The notes: generated from the sequence alone by a model not told the origin. Numbered from the stretch's first letter, positions 40,404-56,029 are shown. The stretch: 64,000 nucleotides of DNA from Octopus sinensis (GCF_006345805.1 NC_043000.1:106516001-106580000); one strand, 5' to 3'. Made by a program: numbers and translations.

Positions 40404-43160
40404 GCCTCATAAACCTCCCTGCAACTAAGGAACTGTTGAAACAACGGATACAGTTGAAAGCCCAACGGCTTAGAAGGTATGACAAAAGAAACAAATTTTA
40501 TCGACAAAATAAATTTTTTAAGACAGATGCAAAGAAATTTTATTGGGAAATTGGCAAAAGTAAAATACACATAGAAGATCCACCTAAGATGAGGAAGTGG
40601 AGGAGTTCTGGAAGAAGGTATGGAGTAACGAAAAAGAGTTTAATGCTGAGGCTGACTGGATAGAACGTGAGAAAGAGAGACTGGATGAACTTGAAGAACA
40701 GAAATGGGAAGCAATAGGAATAGAGGAGCTAAGGTAGAAGTATTAGGAAGGCTCATAAATGGAAAACCCCAGGACTGGATCGGATCCCTAACTTCTGGCT
40801 GAATTGTTTGACAGAGGTACACGAAAATCTCGCTGCATCTCTGTCTGATGTTATTCAGAAGCCAGAACAAATAACTGCTTGGCTGGCTGAAGGAACCACC
40901 TACCTATTACCTAAAACCGAAGACACAAAAAAGCCCAAAGAATTACCAGCCAATAACATGTCTCAACACCACCTACAAAATCCTCACATCCATAATAACG
41001 GAGAGAATGTACGCTTTCCTTGAACAAAACTCTATCCTTCCACAAGCTCAAAAAGGTTGTAAAAGAAACTCTTATGGGTGCAAATATCAATTGCTCATAA
41101 ACAGAATGATTGTAGAGAATTGCCGGAGCAAAAACAAAAACCTGAGTATGGCATGGATATACTACAGGAAAGCGTTTGACAGTGTCCCACATAAATGGAT
41201 ACTCAAGGCCCTTGAGATATACAAGATCTCTCCTGTCATCTCAAAATTCTTACAGAATAGCATGACCATGTGGAACACACGTCTCTTGCTAAGCCATAGT
41301 AATGGGATGAGCCAGTCCAACAGCATCAACATCAAACGAGGCATCTTTCAAGGTGACTCCCTCTCTCCATTACTTTTTTGCATGGCACTGATCCCACTCT
41401 CAAACGAATTGGATAGTACCAGATATGGGTACAAAGTTTTTAGTAAGTTGATAAACCACCTTTTCTATATGGACGACCTAAAGCTGTTTGCCAGGAATGA
41501 CCAAGAGCTAGAAGGGCTGCTAACAACTGTTAAAGAGTTTAGCAATGATATCGGAATGGATTTTGGCCTTGATAAGTGTGCTAAAGCAACTTTTGTAAGA
41601 GGCAAGCTCAGGCAAACAGCTTCTGTTAAATTAGATATTGACACTACCATCAAGGAACTTGACCCACAAGAAAGTTACAAATACCTAGGAAACAACGAAG
41701 GAGATGGTATACATCATGCTACTATAAAGGAAAAAATAAGAAAGGAATACTATAGGAGAATAAGGCTTGTACTGAAGACTGAACTCAACTCCAAAAATTG
41801 CATTGAGGCCATTAACACCCTGGCACTTCCAGTAGTCCAGTACAGTTTTAACATCATTAACTGGAACCCTACGGAACTCCAACGCTTGGACAGGAAGACA
41901 AGAAAATTACTGACATCCAAGAACGTGCACCACCCTAAGGCAGATGTAGACCGCCTGTACCTACCTAGAAGCAGCGGGGGGGGGAGAGGAATGATACAAT
42001 TAGAGCTGTACTATAAGACCTCCACTGTAGGAATGAACAGGTACCTATCTAGTACAAAGGACTGGATGCTGCGACTTGTGTGCGAACATGAAAGCAGCAA
42101 AAAGCAGTATTTTCAAGGAAGCTTATAAGTTCGAAAGGGAACTAGACATTAACCTTGAATCAGATGAAGAGCCGGAAACCACTGCTACCAAGCAAGCAAA
42201 GCGAATCAAGCAGACTGCAAAAAAGAACGGGCAGAATCAAATTGAGATGCGGTGGAGCCAGAAGCCCCTGAATGGACAATATATTCTCTGAAGCCAAAAT
42301 GCTGATGTAGACCAAGCAACAACCCATCAGTGGCTGAAGAGTTCAGGATTGAAAGCAGAGACTGAAGGCTTCATACTGGCAGCACAAGATCAAAGCTTGT
42401 TTACCAGAAATTATCAGGCTAACGTTCTCCGAAACGGTACTGACCCTAAATGCAGATTCTGCGACACATTTGACGAAACAATAGACCATCTCGTTTCGGG
42501 ATGTCCTGAGCTGACACCAAACGAATACAAAAATCGCCACGACAGGGTAGGACAGTATATACATTGGAAGATATGTAAACACTACAAATTCGGCACTCCT
42601 GCTAACTGGTATAAACACCATCCTCAGCCAGTTGTTGAAGGTAAAAATGTCACCATCCTCTGGGATTTTCCAGTCAACACTGACAGAACGATCAAGGCTA
42701 ATCGACCAGACATAATTGTTAAAGACAGGGAGAAAATACCTGCAGACTAATAGAGGTAAGCGTCCCCACTGATAAAAATATCTGTAAAGGAATTTGACAA
42801 ACTTAGTAAATATAAGGACCTGGAAATCGAAATACAAAAGATGTGGAATCTTAAAACAAAAACTGTTCCTGTTATTGTAGGTGTCCTAGGTATGATAAAA
42901 AAGGGATGTCAGAAACACCTAGACAATATCCCTGGAGAACCATGTCTCAAGGAAATCCAAAAGATTGTGCTAACAAGTACTGCCCACATCCTTAGAAAAA
43001 CCCTATCAATGTAAATGTTTGTGTTGTATTACATGGAGATATTTCTCTACTTCCCCTCCCCAAGCTTTCAGCTATATTTCATCAACTCTTAACCTTCACT
43101 TGCCCTAGGGCGCTGGGTGTGCCCCGGCAAGTGATTGCATCAAACATGTAGATTAAAAGT
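40401..43160 (+). mobile_element. 5'-truncated R4/Dong-clade non-LTR retrotransposon (RT and restriction-like endonuclease) inserted in (TAA)n
   Basis: YRKAFDSVPH, RGIFQGDSLSPLLF, LFYMDDLKLF, CRFCDTFDETIDHLVSGC, RHDRV, NRPDII, KLSKYKDL; (TAA)n on both sides (40280-40400, 43160-43270), the known Dong-type target. Confidence 0.93.
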
Positions 43161-43176
43161 AAATGACAACAACAAC

Positions 43177-43244
<68 letters not shown>

Positions 43245-43274
43245 TAATAATAATAATAATAATAATAATAGATT

Positions 43275-43790
43275 CCTAATGTAGATTATGTAAAGTAGAA
43301 GAGGAAAGCGTTACTCGTATAGTAAGTGAATGTAGCATTCTGGCACAGAAAGACTACAAGAAAAGACATGACAATCTAGGGAGTGCAATCCACTGGGAGC
43401 TATGTAGAAAGCTAGGGTTTGAACATACTGATAAATGGTATGAACATGAACCTAGTAAAGTACTAGAAAGTAAGAAATACAAGATATTGTGGGACTTTAA
43501 CATTCAGACTGACAGAGTAATAGAAGCTAGAAGGCCTGAAGCTAGTAGTAGAGAAAGAGAATAGAATGGGCCAGATAATTGACTTTATAGTCCAAAATGA
43601 TGAAAAAATCAATATAAGAGGGATAGAAAAAAATAGCAAAGTACCAGGATCAAGCCATAGAATTACAGAGACTATGGATAGTGCGGGTAAAATGTATCCC
43701 AGTAGTTAGAGGTACATTGGGAACTATCTCTAAAGATCTAAACAGATGGATAGAAGAAATAAGCATAAAACACAGCTCCCAGTGGATTGC
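43275..43790 (+). mobile_element. Second, older R4/Dong 3' fragment
   Basis: IVSECSILAQKDYKKRHDNLG..IHWELC..WYEHEP..ILWDFNIQTDRVIEARRP. Confidence 0.85.
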
Positions 43791-43829
43791 ACTCCCTAGA
43801 CAAGTGCCCTCTCCAATTCCTTTCCCCCC

Positions 43830-44500
43830 ACTTATAGGTCTACACCTAGAGTGGCACCATCCACCCTAGCCATTTTCGCAACTTTCACCCACCTTTTAAT
43901 AAATTCACTCGAGGACAGCACCTCCCTCTCCACCCTCACTTTCCTTTTCAAGTGAAACTTGAAAAAGTTGATGAGGGCTCTACCAAAGAGGAATATCCCG
44001 GTCCTCATTCCTTTCAACCTCGTCCACGAGACAACCTCTTTTGTCACAGTCACCTATCAAAGGAAAACTGCATTGCCTGCCCTATTAAAAGAGGGCAGCG
44101 GGGCAATCATCACTATGGACTCGGCCGACAGACGGATCTGTTCCACACGCAACAGCAGCAGTTTGACAAAACTCCACAAATCAGCAATGCACGGACACTG
44201 CGTAAACGCATGCAGAACGGTTTTGTCGCTCTACGCGCACCTTGGACGAGCCTGTCTGACAGCACATCCGTTTCTGTAGAGCTTATCTTGAATCCGTAGT
44301 TTCCCGGTAGCACTGCCAGGCCAAATACATCCGGAAATTATCCATAGTAGTCCACGACTGGAAAGTCTTCCGGAAGAGACTAGCCAGTTTGCTTTCGTCG
44401 ACGTCCAGGTTCTCCACGAGGACATCGTCGTTGCACCTCTCCGCCACTAATCCTCTCTATATCGCTAAAGTAGAACATCCATCGATGCTATTGCCTTGGT
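43830..44500 (-). mobile_element. Tx1/L1-clade LINE C-terminal fragment
   Basis: Frameshift-joined RPRCA*SDKTVLHAFTQCP..LSAESIVMI..KEVVSWTRLKG..FHLKRKVRVER aligns by eye with the 12900-13370 C-terminus. Confidence 0.75.
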
Positions 44501-44818
44501 GGAGGGCAGTGAGCACCTGAAAGGTAAACCAGCCCATCGCAGGGTTACCCATTTACAGTTGAATGGACTGGAGCAACGCGATATGAAGTGTTTTGTTGAA
44601 GACCACAACACACACACCGACTGGGGAATCGAAACCACGATCTAGCGATCGTCAGTGCAGCACCCAAACTACTAGGCCATTCACAGTCTAGAAAGGTTAA
44701 TGAACCTAAGAACTTTGCCACTTCAAGCAAAGTTCAAAGAACTCATAAGGAAATATGAAAAAGCAGACAAACAAACCAAACTTAATATAAAACACTGTCT
44801 TGTTTTCAATAAAACACC

Positions 44819-44915
<97 letters not shown>

Positions 44916-45606
44916 TGTATGCATGCATATGTGTGTGAGTGAGTATGTATACACACATACACATGTATGCCTTCTCTGGTTTGTAAGAAATCGACAGGCT
45001 AATTTACTGTATAATGGAATAACAGCATTAAACGAATATACAAGATGCTGAATATGTTTGCGTAGCGATAAAGAGATGTATTCTAAACAATCTTCCAGTG
45101 TTTTGAGGCAATCACATGGGTCTATTTTTTTTTAACTATGAGTGTCAATCTCCTGCAAAGTCATTACATCTGAGAATAGAGTAAATCACCATTATACTGC
45201 AAGGAAAAGAAAAAAGACGCCAAGAAAAGGCGCTTAAAATAAATACTTTAGAATTAGCGTTAAACTTCTTTCGAGAGAATTGTGAAAATATAGATAATGT
45301 CATTGGATCCGACCGCACCTTTGTTTTTGTTTTATTCTGTTTACTCATCATTTTATCTAAAGTTTGAATCCTCTGTATTTTCTTCTGTGTACGAATTCCT
45401 GTTGTGAAATGACTGACTAAACAATTGCTAATAAACGTTTTGTGCAACATCTCTCAGGCAAAGAAATGAATATAATGTATGTCAACAAAGCTGTCTAAAA
45501 TACATTAAGATTCTGTTTGCCTGTTTCGAATAAACTGGAAAAAGCAGGAAAATCTTTTTAAGTTCGTAGACACTGACTTTAGAATGACGCTCGACATGTA
45601 GTTGTA

Positions 45607-45670
<64 letters not shown>

Positions 45671-46007
45671 TTCTGAGACCCCCTTGGGTCACGACACTGA
45701 CCATGGGATTGCACCTAGAAAGTTACCTTCCTTGGCACAAGTCCGGGCAAGGTTATTTATGGAAGACCAACAGTCGCCCATGCGTACCGGCCTCTCCTCC
45801 CCACGCCACCAGTGTTATCCAAGGGAAAGGTAAGGACCGATAAAGCTTAGCACCTGTGGCGTCGCAACTCATTTCTACAGCTGAGTGAACTGGAGCAACG
45901 TAAAATAAAGTGTCTTGCTCAAGAACACAACACGCACCCCGGTCCGCGATTCGAGCTCACAACTTCACGATTGTAAGCTCGACGCTCTAATCACTGAGCC
46001 ATGTGCC

Positions 46008-46137
<130 letters not shown>

Positions 46138-46762
46138 GTGAATCCAAACAAAGAACGAACAAGAAAAAAACAATAACGCGAGGACGTGGTACAAGTATTG
46201 TATTATCAGACGCTCAGAAAAGGAAGGAAAGAGGATTAATATATATATAATTATTATTACTAACACTTTACTACTCCTTTGACCTATCCTATTTGCGTAG
46301 ATAGCCATTACCTTTCTAACCTATGCTACCCCACCACCGTACATAGGAATATCCCACCAAATACCCCATTTATTTTAAATTTTGGTCATTTACTTATCGT
46401 CCAGTAGCTCTACACGCAACATGACATAACTCTCATCATATTCAACCATTCCTTCGTCTTTTCTTGTCTCTTATTTTTATTTATTTTCCACTCTGATTGA
46501 AGCTCCATGATTCAAATTGGTTTTATTACTAACTATGATAAATATTCTCTTAGCCTCATAATGGTAATTCAAAAGAACATTGGCAGCAGAAACAGCTGTT
46601 AAATGGGATGCAGTCTTTTTGTAAGTTATCAATAAATAATAATTGCAATTGTTGTTCATCAATGCTATCTCCATTTTATGTTTTATATATATAATAATAT
46701 TAGGGAGTAAATCCAAACTTCTAGGGAAAAATTAGATTTAGGATTAAATTTATTTAATTTGA

Positions 46763-46866
<104 letters not shown>

Positions 46867-46877
46867 TGAATCGGATA

Positions 46878-46952
<75 letters not shown>

Positions 46953-46958
46953 TCGACT

Positions 46959-47005
46959 CAATTGCTGATGAAATCCGAACAAAGGACTGAAGTTAATCCG
47001 GTTGA
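46959..47005 (+). ncRNA. Degenerate minimal hammerhead-like motif
   Basis: CAATTG-CTGATGA-AATCC(GAACAAA)GGACT-GAAG-TTA-ATC-CGGTTG; good stem I, one stem II mismatch, A15.1 replaced by G. Confidence 0.5.
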
Positions 47006-50000
47006 TAACTCCCTTTTACTGCCTACGACAATATTGTATATATGGACATCTATCTATCTGTCTATTTATACAGTGTTGATTATAGTGTATAGATATGATC
47101 ATTAGTATAGCATTGAATTGTAGCAATACTCGTAACAAGCCTCTAATATATTAATTGAACTAACTGTCAGAATGCATTAACGTATGCAGATCAATCTATC
47201 CAATTTACGTAAGCCATCACTTATAAAGTGATGAGTAGTACCTCTATGAAATAGTTAAAGAGGGTACACAGTCACAGATGAAATCCCGATACAAGATTGA
47301 AACTAGAATGGTTGATTTCTTATTTTCCTGTCAACAAAGATAATATAAAAATAGCACTATATTTATATTTGATTACTACACACAATGTAAGCTAATATCT
47401 ATGACATATTCTACTGGACATTATAGTAACATTGTTGTCATGAAAGGTAGGACCCACATTTTGTGTAAATCTGTTTCATAGTGCTGCTCTGTCAAGAGTC
47501 AGCATTAAATACTGAATCCTAATTCAATATCTAATTCTCTTCACAAAGAAGAACAATAGACATTGATTTCTCGAACTCAACATGATCTCTTCTAGAATTA
47601 ATCATTTCAATAACTCCCGTGTTTTGCAGCTACCATATTTATTTATCTGTTGTTTAGCCTTGTTTCAGCCTTGATGGAGCAAACCTACGATCAAAGTTAC
47701 ATCTCCTGCTAGAATTATAACAATTCGTATATTAGGGAGTTCGTTTAAAGTCTAATATATCCTTTATTTAAATCACCGTGGTGTGAATTGATGACTTTCA
47801 TGTGACCATATATAATCCCTTCGTTGGATCATATCTTTAAATATACAAGAAATAAAAAGGTGGTGGGGTGAGGCATACATTTTTTTAGCCTCAGTCCGAA
47901 CCTGACTGAGCAGATCTATGACCAAAAGCGTTCCAGCTGTGACTATTCTGTGAATTTTTCCAGTCACAGTGAATCTAGAACTACAAAATACTCCCCCACC
48001 TATTAAGACGGTAGGTCGAGTGATGACACAGAAGATCCTTCTCTGGCATTATTATTTTGTTTAGCCCCACTCAGTCTTGGTTTGAGCTCGATTCTAAGCA
48101 TTTATACTTTGAACTCAGCTGTCGTACCTAACGACATATTTTTTTTCTTAATCATAGGAGAAAGAGCAGTTCCTACCCCCGTGACCTTTTTCAGGGTCTC
48201 CGGGAATGGTGGAGGTAGAGAGGAATATATCCTCAAGCTGGTAACCTTGTCCAAATCCTTGAACCAGAGTACCTCCTACTAAAGATAGCTAATAGCTATC
48301 TTTAGTGGTAGCATGATATAATAAGTGGTAGCATTAAACCCAGCGACATATAAAATCTATCCGCCCCACTCACAAGAGAATAGGAATGATCTCTCTGATA
48401 ACTTTCCTTTACCATATTTCACGCGAATTAATGTTATGGAAGAAGATACTCACCCAAAATGCCGCATGCTGGGATTGAACTTGAAACTATGTAGTTCAGA
48501 AGCGGAATTATTAACCACATGTCTCTGTCTAAGCCCATTTGTGACATCACTTCACTCGAAAAGTCATTGTGTTGATAGTAAGCATAAACTGAAGTGGTTA
48601 AAACATTGCCTACACAGCTACAGAATAATTTGAAAGAGGGGTTAAATCGCGAACTAACTGAAATACAAATGCTCCCAAGATGATGGCACCTGAAGTAGGT
48701 AAACTTAAATATTTGCATGCAACTGTGAATCATTGAGAGAAGCGGTCAGTTGTTTACTTATAAAAGTAGTTTCTAACATAAGCGCGTCATAAATTTTGGG
48801 AGATAGGAGTAGGGATACCGTCGATTATAGGTCTCAACGCCCATTCATCAAACCTAAAAATAGACCGGATACCCATTATGACTTTTGAGCCTAGAATAGC
48901 CAATTTATTCGACAATCTCGTATTCGGTTGTCTCTTGTAGTTGTATAGACCTAATATTTCATCAGGCACTGGGAAATCAGGGCGAGAGAAATCTCTTGAT
49001 AGGCGTGAGGTGTACACAATATGGCTTAAACCAGACTTGGTTAAATACTTTTTTTGTCGTTTTGTCGAAAACGAGAGGCATATGCTATTTCTTACTTGAA
49101 TGGCAGTCATTTTATCGATCTCTGAAGGATAAACAACGAAGTCGATCACGGCAAGATTTGAACCTAGAACAAAAGACTCTCAGCGTAAATAATTATCGTA
49201 AGGATGTTTATGTGGAACATAAGTTGCACCACTCTCTTCCATCTCAGAATATTTACGAAGTTTTTGAGCACAACCCCTCCCTACCACCATCACTAACAAA
49301 TATTTATCCAACTATTCTAATGTTTCTACCATACAATACCTTCTAATATTATGTGACAAGCTCTTTACCAAATGGTGGTACGATGATTCGATTAAGAAAT
49401 CATTAAAACTATTTAAGTAGCAGAGTAAGGGCAAGTACTACTGGATACTGGATAAGGGCAACTACCTGAAAATATGAGCTCCGGAGTGGTCATTCGACTT
49501 GGTGAAAATAGCAGTTAGATATTCCTCAAATCATACCTCTGCTGTTCTAAAAAAGAAAATATTTGATAATTTAGGCTGGAATGACCTCTTTTATGTTTCT
49601 TTTATTTCAATCATTAGACTGCGGCCATGCTGGTACACCGCCTTGAAGGATTGTAGTCGAACGAATCGACCCTAGCATTTATTTTGTAAGCTTATTGTCG
49701 AACCGCTAAGTTACGGGGACGTAAACAAACCAGCACTGGTTGTTAATCAGTAATGGGACACACACACACACATCTTTCAGTTTCCTTCTACCAATTTGGT
49801 CAGCCCGGGGCTATACTAGAAGACCCTTGGCCAGGGTGCCATGTAGTGGGACTGAACACGGAACCATGAGGTTGGGGAGCAAACTTTTTACCAACCAGTC
49901 ATGCCTGCGCCTAATGTATGAACAATACGTAGACAGAAGATGCAAAAATTACGACTGGACTACATTTAAATGTAGGCTATAGATCATAGATCAACTAAGG

Positions 50001-50521
50001 CTGATTATAGGTTACCGGTCCTGATCCTTGGTCATGGATTATCGATCGATCAGGGCCGGTCATGGGTATAGATCACGGTTATAGCCCATAAATCAGAGCT
50101 CGATCAGGGCTGGTTAAGAGTCGGTCAGAGCTGACTTGTGGCAGAACGACAATTAGCAATCATTTGAAAGATTTTGTTTTATTATGACAGTTATTACTGT
50201 ACTAGTTTGAAATTGAATAAAATGTTATCACATTTAAATAATACTTTATCGTTATATTGTTATGAAAATTTCAAAAACTATGGAAGCTGGTTATGAATAG
50301 TTTATTTCAAAATGTTTTCGTTTTCTGTGGAATATAAATTACTAAAGAAAAATAAATAAATGAAGAAATTTAGATCTCGTACGTATTGGTAGTTTGATTT
50401 CCGGCAGTATGGTAGGCGGTAAATAGTAACTGGTTTTCTCGTTTAGATTTTCCCATGTAAAGTTAAAAACAAAGTAACAGACATTAAAAACAAGCAGTTT
50501 GTTTGCACCCGTGCATGCATA

Positions 50522-50588
<67 letters not shown>

Positions 50589-51993
50589 ACACACATTCGC
50601 CTGCATATACACTTATTTTTAGTGGTGAATCAAATTAGGTATGGTTTGTCGAGCTAAAATACGTGACATAAAATGTCGGAAGTATTCGATGTAAATTACA
50701 AGCTACCATTTTAGATGTCGTTGTTGTTGCCGTTATTGTTTAACTTCTTGAGAAAGATCCGTCTAAAGCTGCGCGGGTGCACGACCACGATAGTTGCTGT
50801 ATTCGTACCGCGTACAGCAAAAGGTTATCGCTCATTTTAATTTATCAAAGTGTGCTTGGTAAACTGCACTAAAGTTTAAATTGCGCACATTAGCTTTGAA
50901 CTTAAAATATTTTTACTCAAAGTATCAGTTTCGTTCAGTGGGAGGGAACATTTAGAGAGAACGTTACATCCAGGCTAACTCTAACTGAGCAGGCTTCTGA
51001 ACAAAGGCCTTTCCAGTCGTGACCATCCCATTTTGTTTCAGACGTAGTTGAACTCAAAGTAGCTTGTTCAATAGGTTGTCTTCATTTCCTTTTTGTTTTG
51101 TTTTAAAGAAAGCAGTTTGTAAATTCATAAGAATTTGGCTGCTATTTATACCAGATCGAGCAGCCATTAGAAGCCGGTTCATTAACTTGAATCCAGATTA
51201 GAAATAGAGTAAAATAGAAATATCGCCCTAACCCTGCCATCCACCAGAGAATTAGTATATAGTCTTGCAGTTTAATATATTGTTTCGGCTTGTTTAACCA
51301 CCAATTCATATATTGCATAAGCAGATGTTGTGTTAAAAAAATTCAAAGTGGGTGTCGGTGATGACGTAGAAGATAGAGGGTGGGGCTAAACAGGTTGTTT
51401 TCATTTAGGAGTTCAAATCACACGTTTAGCAAATTTGTTATATTTCACCATATTTAACAAAATATGTACTGCTGTTGCTGAAATTTAACACCAAATCAGC
51501 CTTGACCAAGCACTCTTATTCTGACAGTATCACTGTTAGTTGTGAGATCAACTGAACTATATGCTCACCGAATTGGTTTGAAAGTGACTGAGTATTACAC
51601 AGACATGCGTATATTTAAAGTAACTCAAAGGAAGAATCAATGTGACACTATGTAATAAAATTGGATCTTTGAATTACTTATATAATCCAACCGACAGGCT
51701 TTTGCACACTTTTTATCTACTCAGTTTCACACACACACAAGATTTGGGTTGGTCCGAGGCTATGGTAAACGAAACTCGCCTGAGAGGCCAAACAGTAGGA
51801 TCGAACCCAAGATTTCGCGAACTTCTAATCATTCGACTACGCAGTATCTGTATTTCAAACACAGGCGTCATCAAAATGCAACATAAACATCTCGAGTCAA
51901 ACATACATTGATTTCATGAATAGATACTTTGAAAAATATCCTTAACTGGAGTGGGGTGGCATTATTACTCAAAAGTTGTGAAACCTAATTACT

Positions 51994-52210
51994 GTATACG
52001 AGGGTATGCTGAAGGTGGCTTTAAGGGTCTCGCGTAAGGCCCGGTTGGAGGCCCAACTTTCCGAGTTTTTTTACAGGGCTTAGAAAAACTGAAGAACCGT
52101 TACAATGTGTGAATCTGAGAAGGAAATATGTTTAATAAAATCATAATTAACTTATCCTCTTGTATTTTCTTTTACCCAAAGCCAGGAACTTTTCAGCACT
52201 CCTTCGTATA
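51994..52210. mobile_element. Mariner-derived MITE
   Basis: TA-flanked imperfect TIRs TACGAGGGTATGCTGAA and TTCAGCACTCCTTCGTA. Confidence 0.75.
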
Positions 52211-53561
52211 TTATCAGAAGGAAACAAGTAACCAATCTTGGACTACATTATCTCTACACACGAGCAATGGAGAATTAAGGAATTCAAATTCACTGCAAAT
52301 GCTAGTTTTTGTAATTTTTCATTATGACATCACATATATAACATTGCCAAAACTGCATTGTAAATTCAAGTCGCCTTCTTTGAGGCCTGTAACTACTTCA
52401 GTCCTGATAAAAGCTCGATACAAGTGTGACATTAGAGTCCTGCACATATATCTGTATCGGTGTTATTGTTACACAGGAGGTCGAAGGCGGCGAGCTGGCA
52501 GAATCATTCTCAGCGGCATTTCGTCCGTCTTTACGTTCTGAGTTCAAATTCTGCCCGAGTCGGCTTTGCCTTTCATTCTTTCGGGGCCGATAAAATAAAT
52601 AATAGTCAAGCACTAGGATTGATGTAATCAACTTACTCTGTACCCTGAAATTGCTGGCATTGTGCCAAAATTTGGAACCAATGTTAATAGGATGTCGTGT
52701 TTAATCAATTGCTTCATTTAGTCTTTTGTTATTGAGAATTTTGTTGACGTCCATTAACGAGAATCTCATAAGGTAGATAATAACAAGTCAGTTAGAGAGT
52801 CTCTATGTAGCCACTCGATCTGCAAGAAACATCAGTCAAACCTATCTTAAGTACCACTTCACTATCTTGAAAAGAGAGGACGAACACATTAGATAATGTA
52901 GTTCTGGATACTCCTTTCTGCAAAAAGACGGGATGGTCACAAGAGAACATCTTTGGTTACAGATCTCATCATGACCACACATTCTTTTCAGATATATTTC
53001 CAATATCATTGACCAGCATTCCTTTTATATAGCTAAGAAGAACGGAGTGTTTAAGTGACATAATGTGGCGATGGTTGTGGTGGTGTTGAGGATATGAGCG
53101 GAGAATCGTGAAAGTAGAGGGCTCACTCCTCCTCCTCCCCCTCCTCCTCCTCCTCCTCCTTCTTTCCTTCTTCTTCTTCACCTCTTCCTTCTTAGAGTTA
53201 TTAAAAAATAATTTCATATCAGTGGTTTCATGGTCGATGAATTTTTAAGAAATGAATTACGGTTAAATTGGCTTTTTTTTTCTCCCTCTCTCTCATTTCT
53301 ACTAATTGTTCATAACATCAAGAAATAACGAAAGACGAAAAGAAAATCCCGAAAAAAAAATAGGAGTGACATACGTTAGAAAAAGAGTTGTAACTGGTAT
53401 TTCAACACACACACACACACACACACACCACACACACACACACACACACCACACACACACACACACAGACAGACACACACACACACACACGCACATACAC
53501 ATACATACAATACATACATACATACATACATAATACATACATAATACATACATACATACAT

Positions 53562-53620
<59 letters not shown>

Positions 53621-53704
53621 CATGCTTACATATATAATATATACATACATATGTATATGTATATATATATATACTGTGTGAAGGTGAGAGAGCGAGCGAG
53701 ATAG

Positions 53705-53759
<55 letters not shown>

Positions 53760-54441
53760 GGAGAGAGGGAGGGAGGGAGAGAGAGAATGAATCTTAAGAA
53801 AATAAGAGTAAAAAAATTAAATAAATATATAAACGAATAAAATGCTGAACAACTTTAGCAAAGGAAGAAAAATAATGGTGAAGTATCAAGTAACTTGTTT
53901 AGAAGCGCTTCCAACGGCAGAGCAAGGCAGGATTCGTGAACATGCTTTGGGATAGAACAGAAACGACAAGGTGTACAAAAGATTAAAATAGATAAAAATA
54001 AAACTTTTGACGGAAAAAAAAAGATGCATACTGCGAATCTGTATTCACATATGTTCAGTGTATACACGTACATAGAAAAATAGAAATGTAAGCCCGCAGC
54101 CTACTGGTTGTGGCAGTTGGTCATATGGTCGTCAGGTGATGGGTTCGATTCTCTGACTGGTCGATATGTTACTTTCTTGAGCAAAATACTTCATTTCACG
54201 TTTCGCGTACCTCTCCAAAAAAGGCGGCAGAACTATCAGAATCGCTAGGGAGAAGTGCGCGCGCGCGCTTTTGTGTGTGTATGTGCGTACGCGCATGTAT
54301 ATAATATGTGAGTGTGTATAGATATGTATGTACATAAAGTTAATCCAAACATGAAAGCACAAAGAGAAAACACAACAACGCGAGGACGTGGAACAAGTAT
54401 AGTGTTATTGGACGCACAGGAAAGGAAGGAAAGAAGGAGGA

Positions 54442-54476
54442 TTTTAACGTTTCGAGCGGAGCTCTTCGTCAGAAAC
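54442..54476 (-). ncRNA. Minimal PLE-type hammerhead motif
   Basis: TTT-CTGACGA-A-GAGC(TCC)GCTC-GAAAC-GTT-AAA; palindromic AACGTT stem III; lies in a repeat (54340-54555) with a truncated sister copy at 46140-46235. Confidence 0.6.
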
Positions 54477-54592
54477 ATAGGGAAAGGAAAGATCCAAGGA
54501 AGGGAAGACGGAGGAAAAAAATCGCCAACGATACACACGCGGTCACATTTTGAATGACCGGAAGGGACATATATATACATACATACATACAT

Positions 54593-54664
<72 letters not shown>

Positions 54665-54846
54665 TATACACAAACACACAAGTATATATAAGTCCCCGTC
54701 ACTTAGCGGTTCGGCAAAAGAGACCGATGGAATAAGTACTGGGCTTACAAAGAATAAGTCCCGGGGTCGAGTTGCTCGATTAAAGGCGGTGCTCCAGCAT
54801 GGCCGCAGTCAAATGACTGAAACAAGTAAAAAGAGAAAAAAGAGAA

Positions 54847-54899
<53 letters not shown>

Positions 54900-55348
54900 T
54901 TGGTAATCTGAACAGTGGGCATCAGTTTGGTAATAGAATATCCAAGTCCTCACGAGGAAGAAAAGCGAAAAAGAATTCCCCAGAGCAACCTTTTCTTTCA
55001 CCGCTTCTCACAAAAGCATCACCAGTAAACAAAAGTACAAAGTCATTATAATTAACTGCGAAGAAAGAAAAGCAATGTAATTACATTGAATATTTACTTT
55101 TGCTCTTTGTTCTTGTTTTGAATTTTGGTTTATGGTTTTTTCCTTGTTTTTCTTTACGTGCACGCGTGCATGTGTGCAAGTGCGTGTGTGTGTATGTGTG
55201 GTGTGTGTGTGTGTGTGTGTGTGCGTGTGTGTGTGTGTGTGCGTGTGTGTTGTGTGTGTATATTGGGGGTGTTGTGTTTACATTCACGACCATATATATA
55301 CTACGTGGTTATGCGTTTGTGAATAATTTTCATACAGGAATATATATA

Positions 55349-55425
<77 letters not shown>

Positions 55426-55536
55426 TTGGGCGTAGGGGTAAGAAGCTTGCTCCCCAACCAGATCAAGTGTCTTCTACAATAGCCTTGCGATTGGATTTGG
55501 TAGACGGAAACTGAAAGAAGTCCGTCGTATATATAT

Positions 55537-55610
<74 letters not shown>

Positions 55611-55632
55611 GTATGTTAATATATATATGTAT

Positions 55633-55706
<74 letters not shown>

Positions 55707-56029
55707 ATATATATTATATATATGTATATACATGTATATATATGGTGTGTATATGTATTTGTGTGTTTGTGTTCTCCCTCTCCATCGTTTGACAAGCGAT
55801 GTTGGTGTGTTAACATGCCCATAACATAGCAGTTCGGCAAAAGAAAACGATAGAATAAGTACTAGGCTTACAAAGAATAAGTCCTGTGGTCGATTTCTTC
55901 AACTAAATGCGGTGCTCCATCATGGCTGCAGTCAAATGACTGAAACATAAAAAAATAAAAGAATATATACACATTCACATACATACACAGATGCGCGGGC
56001 ACACACACGTAACAAAAATTTAGAAACTT

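Noticed and set aside
49985-50135. Degenerate GATCAGGGC/GGTCATGG short repeats
   Set aside because: Irregular minisatellite-like sequence with no constant repeat-spacer periodicity; not CRISPR-like.
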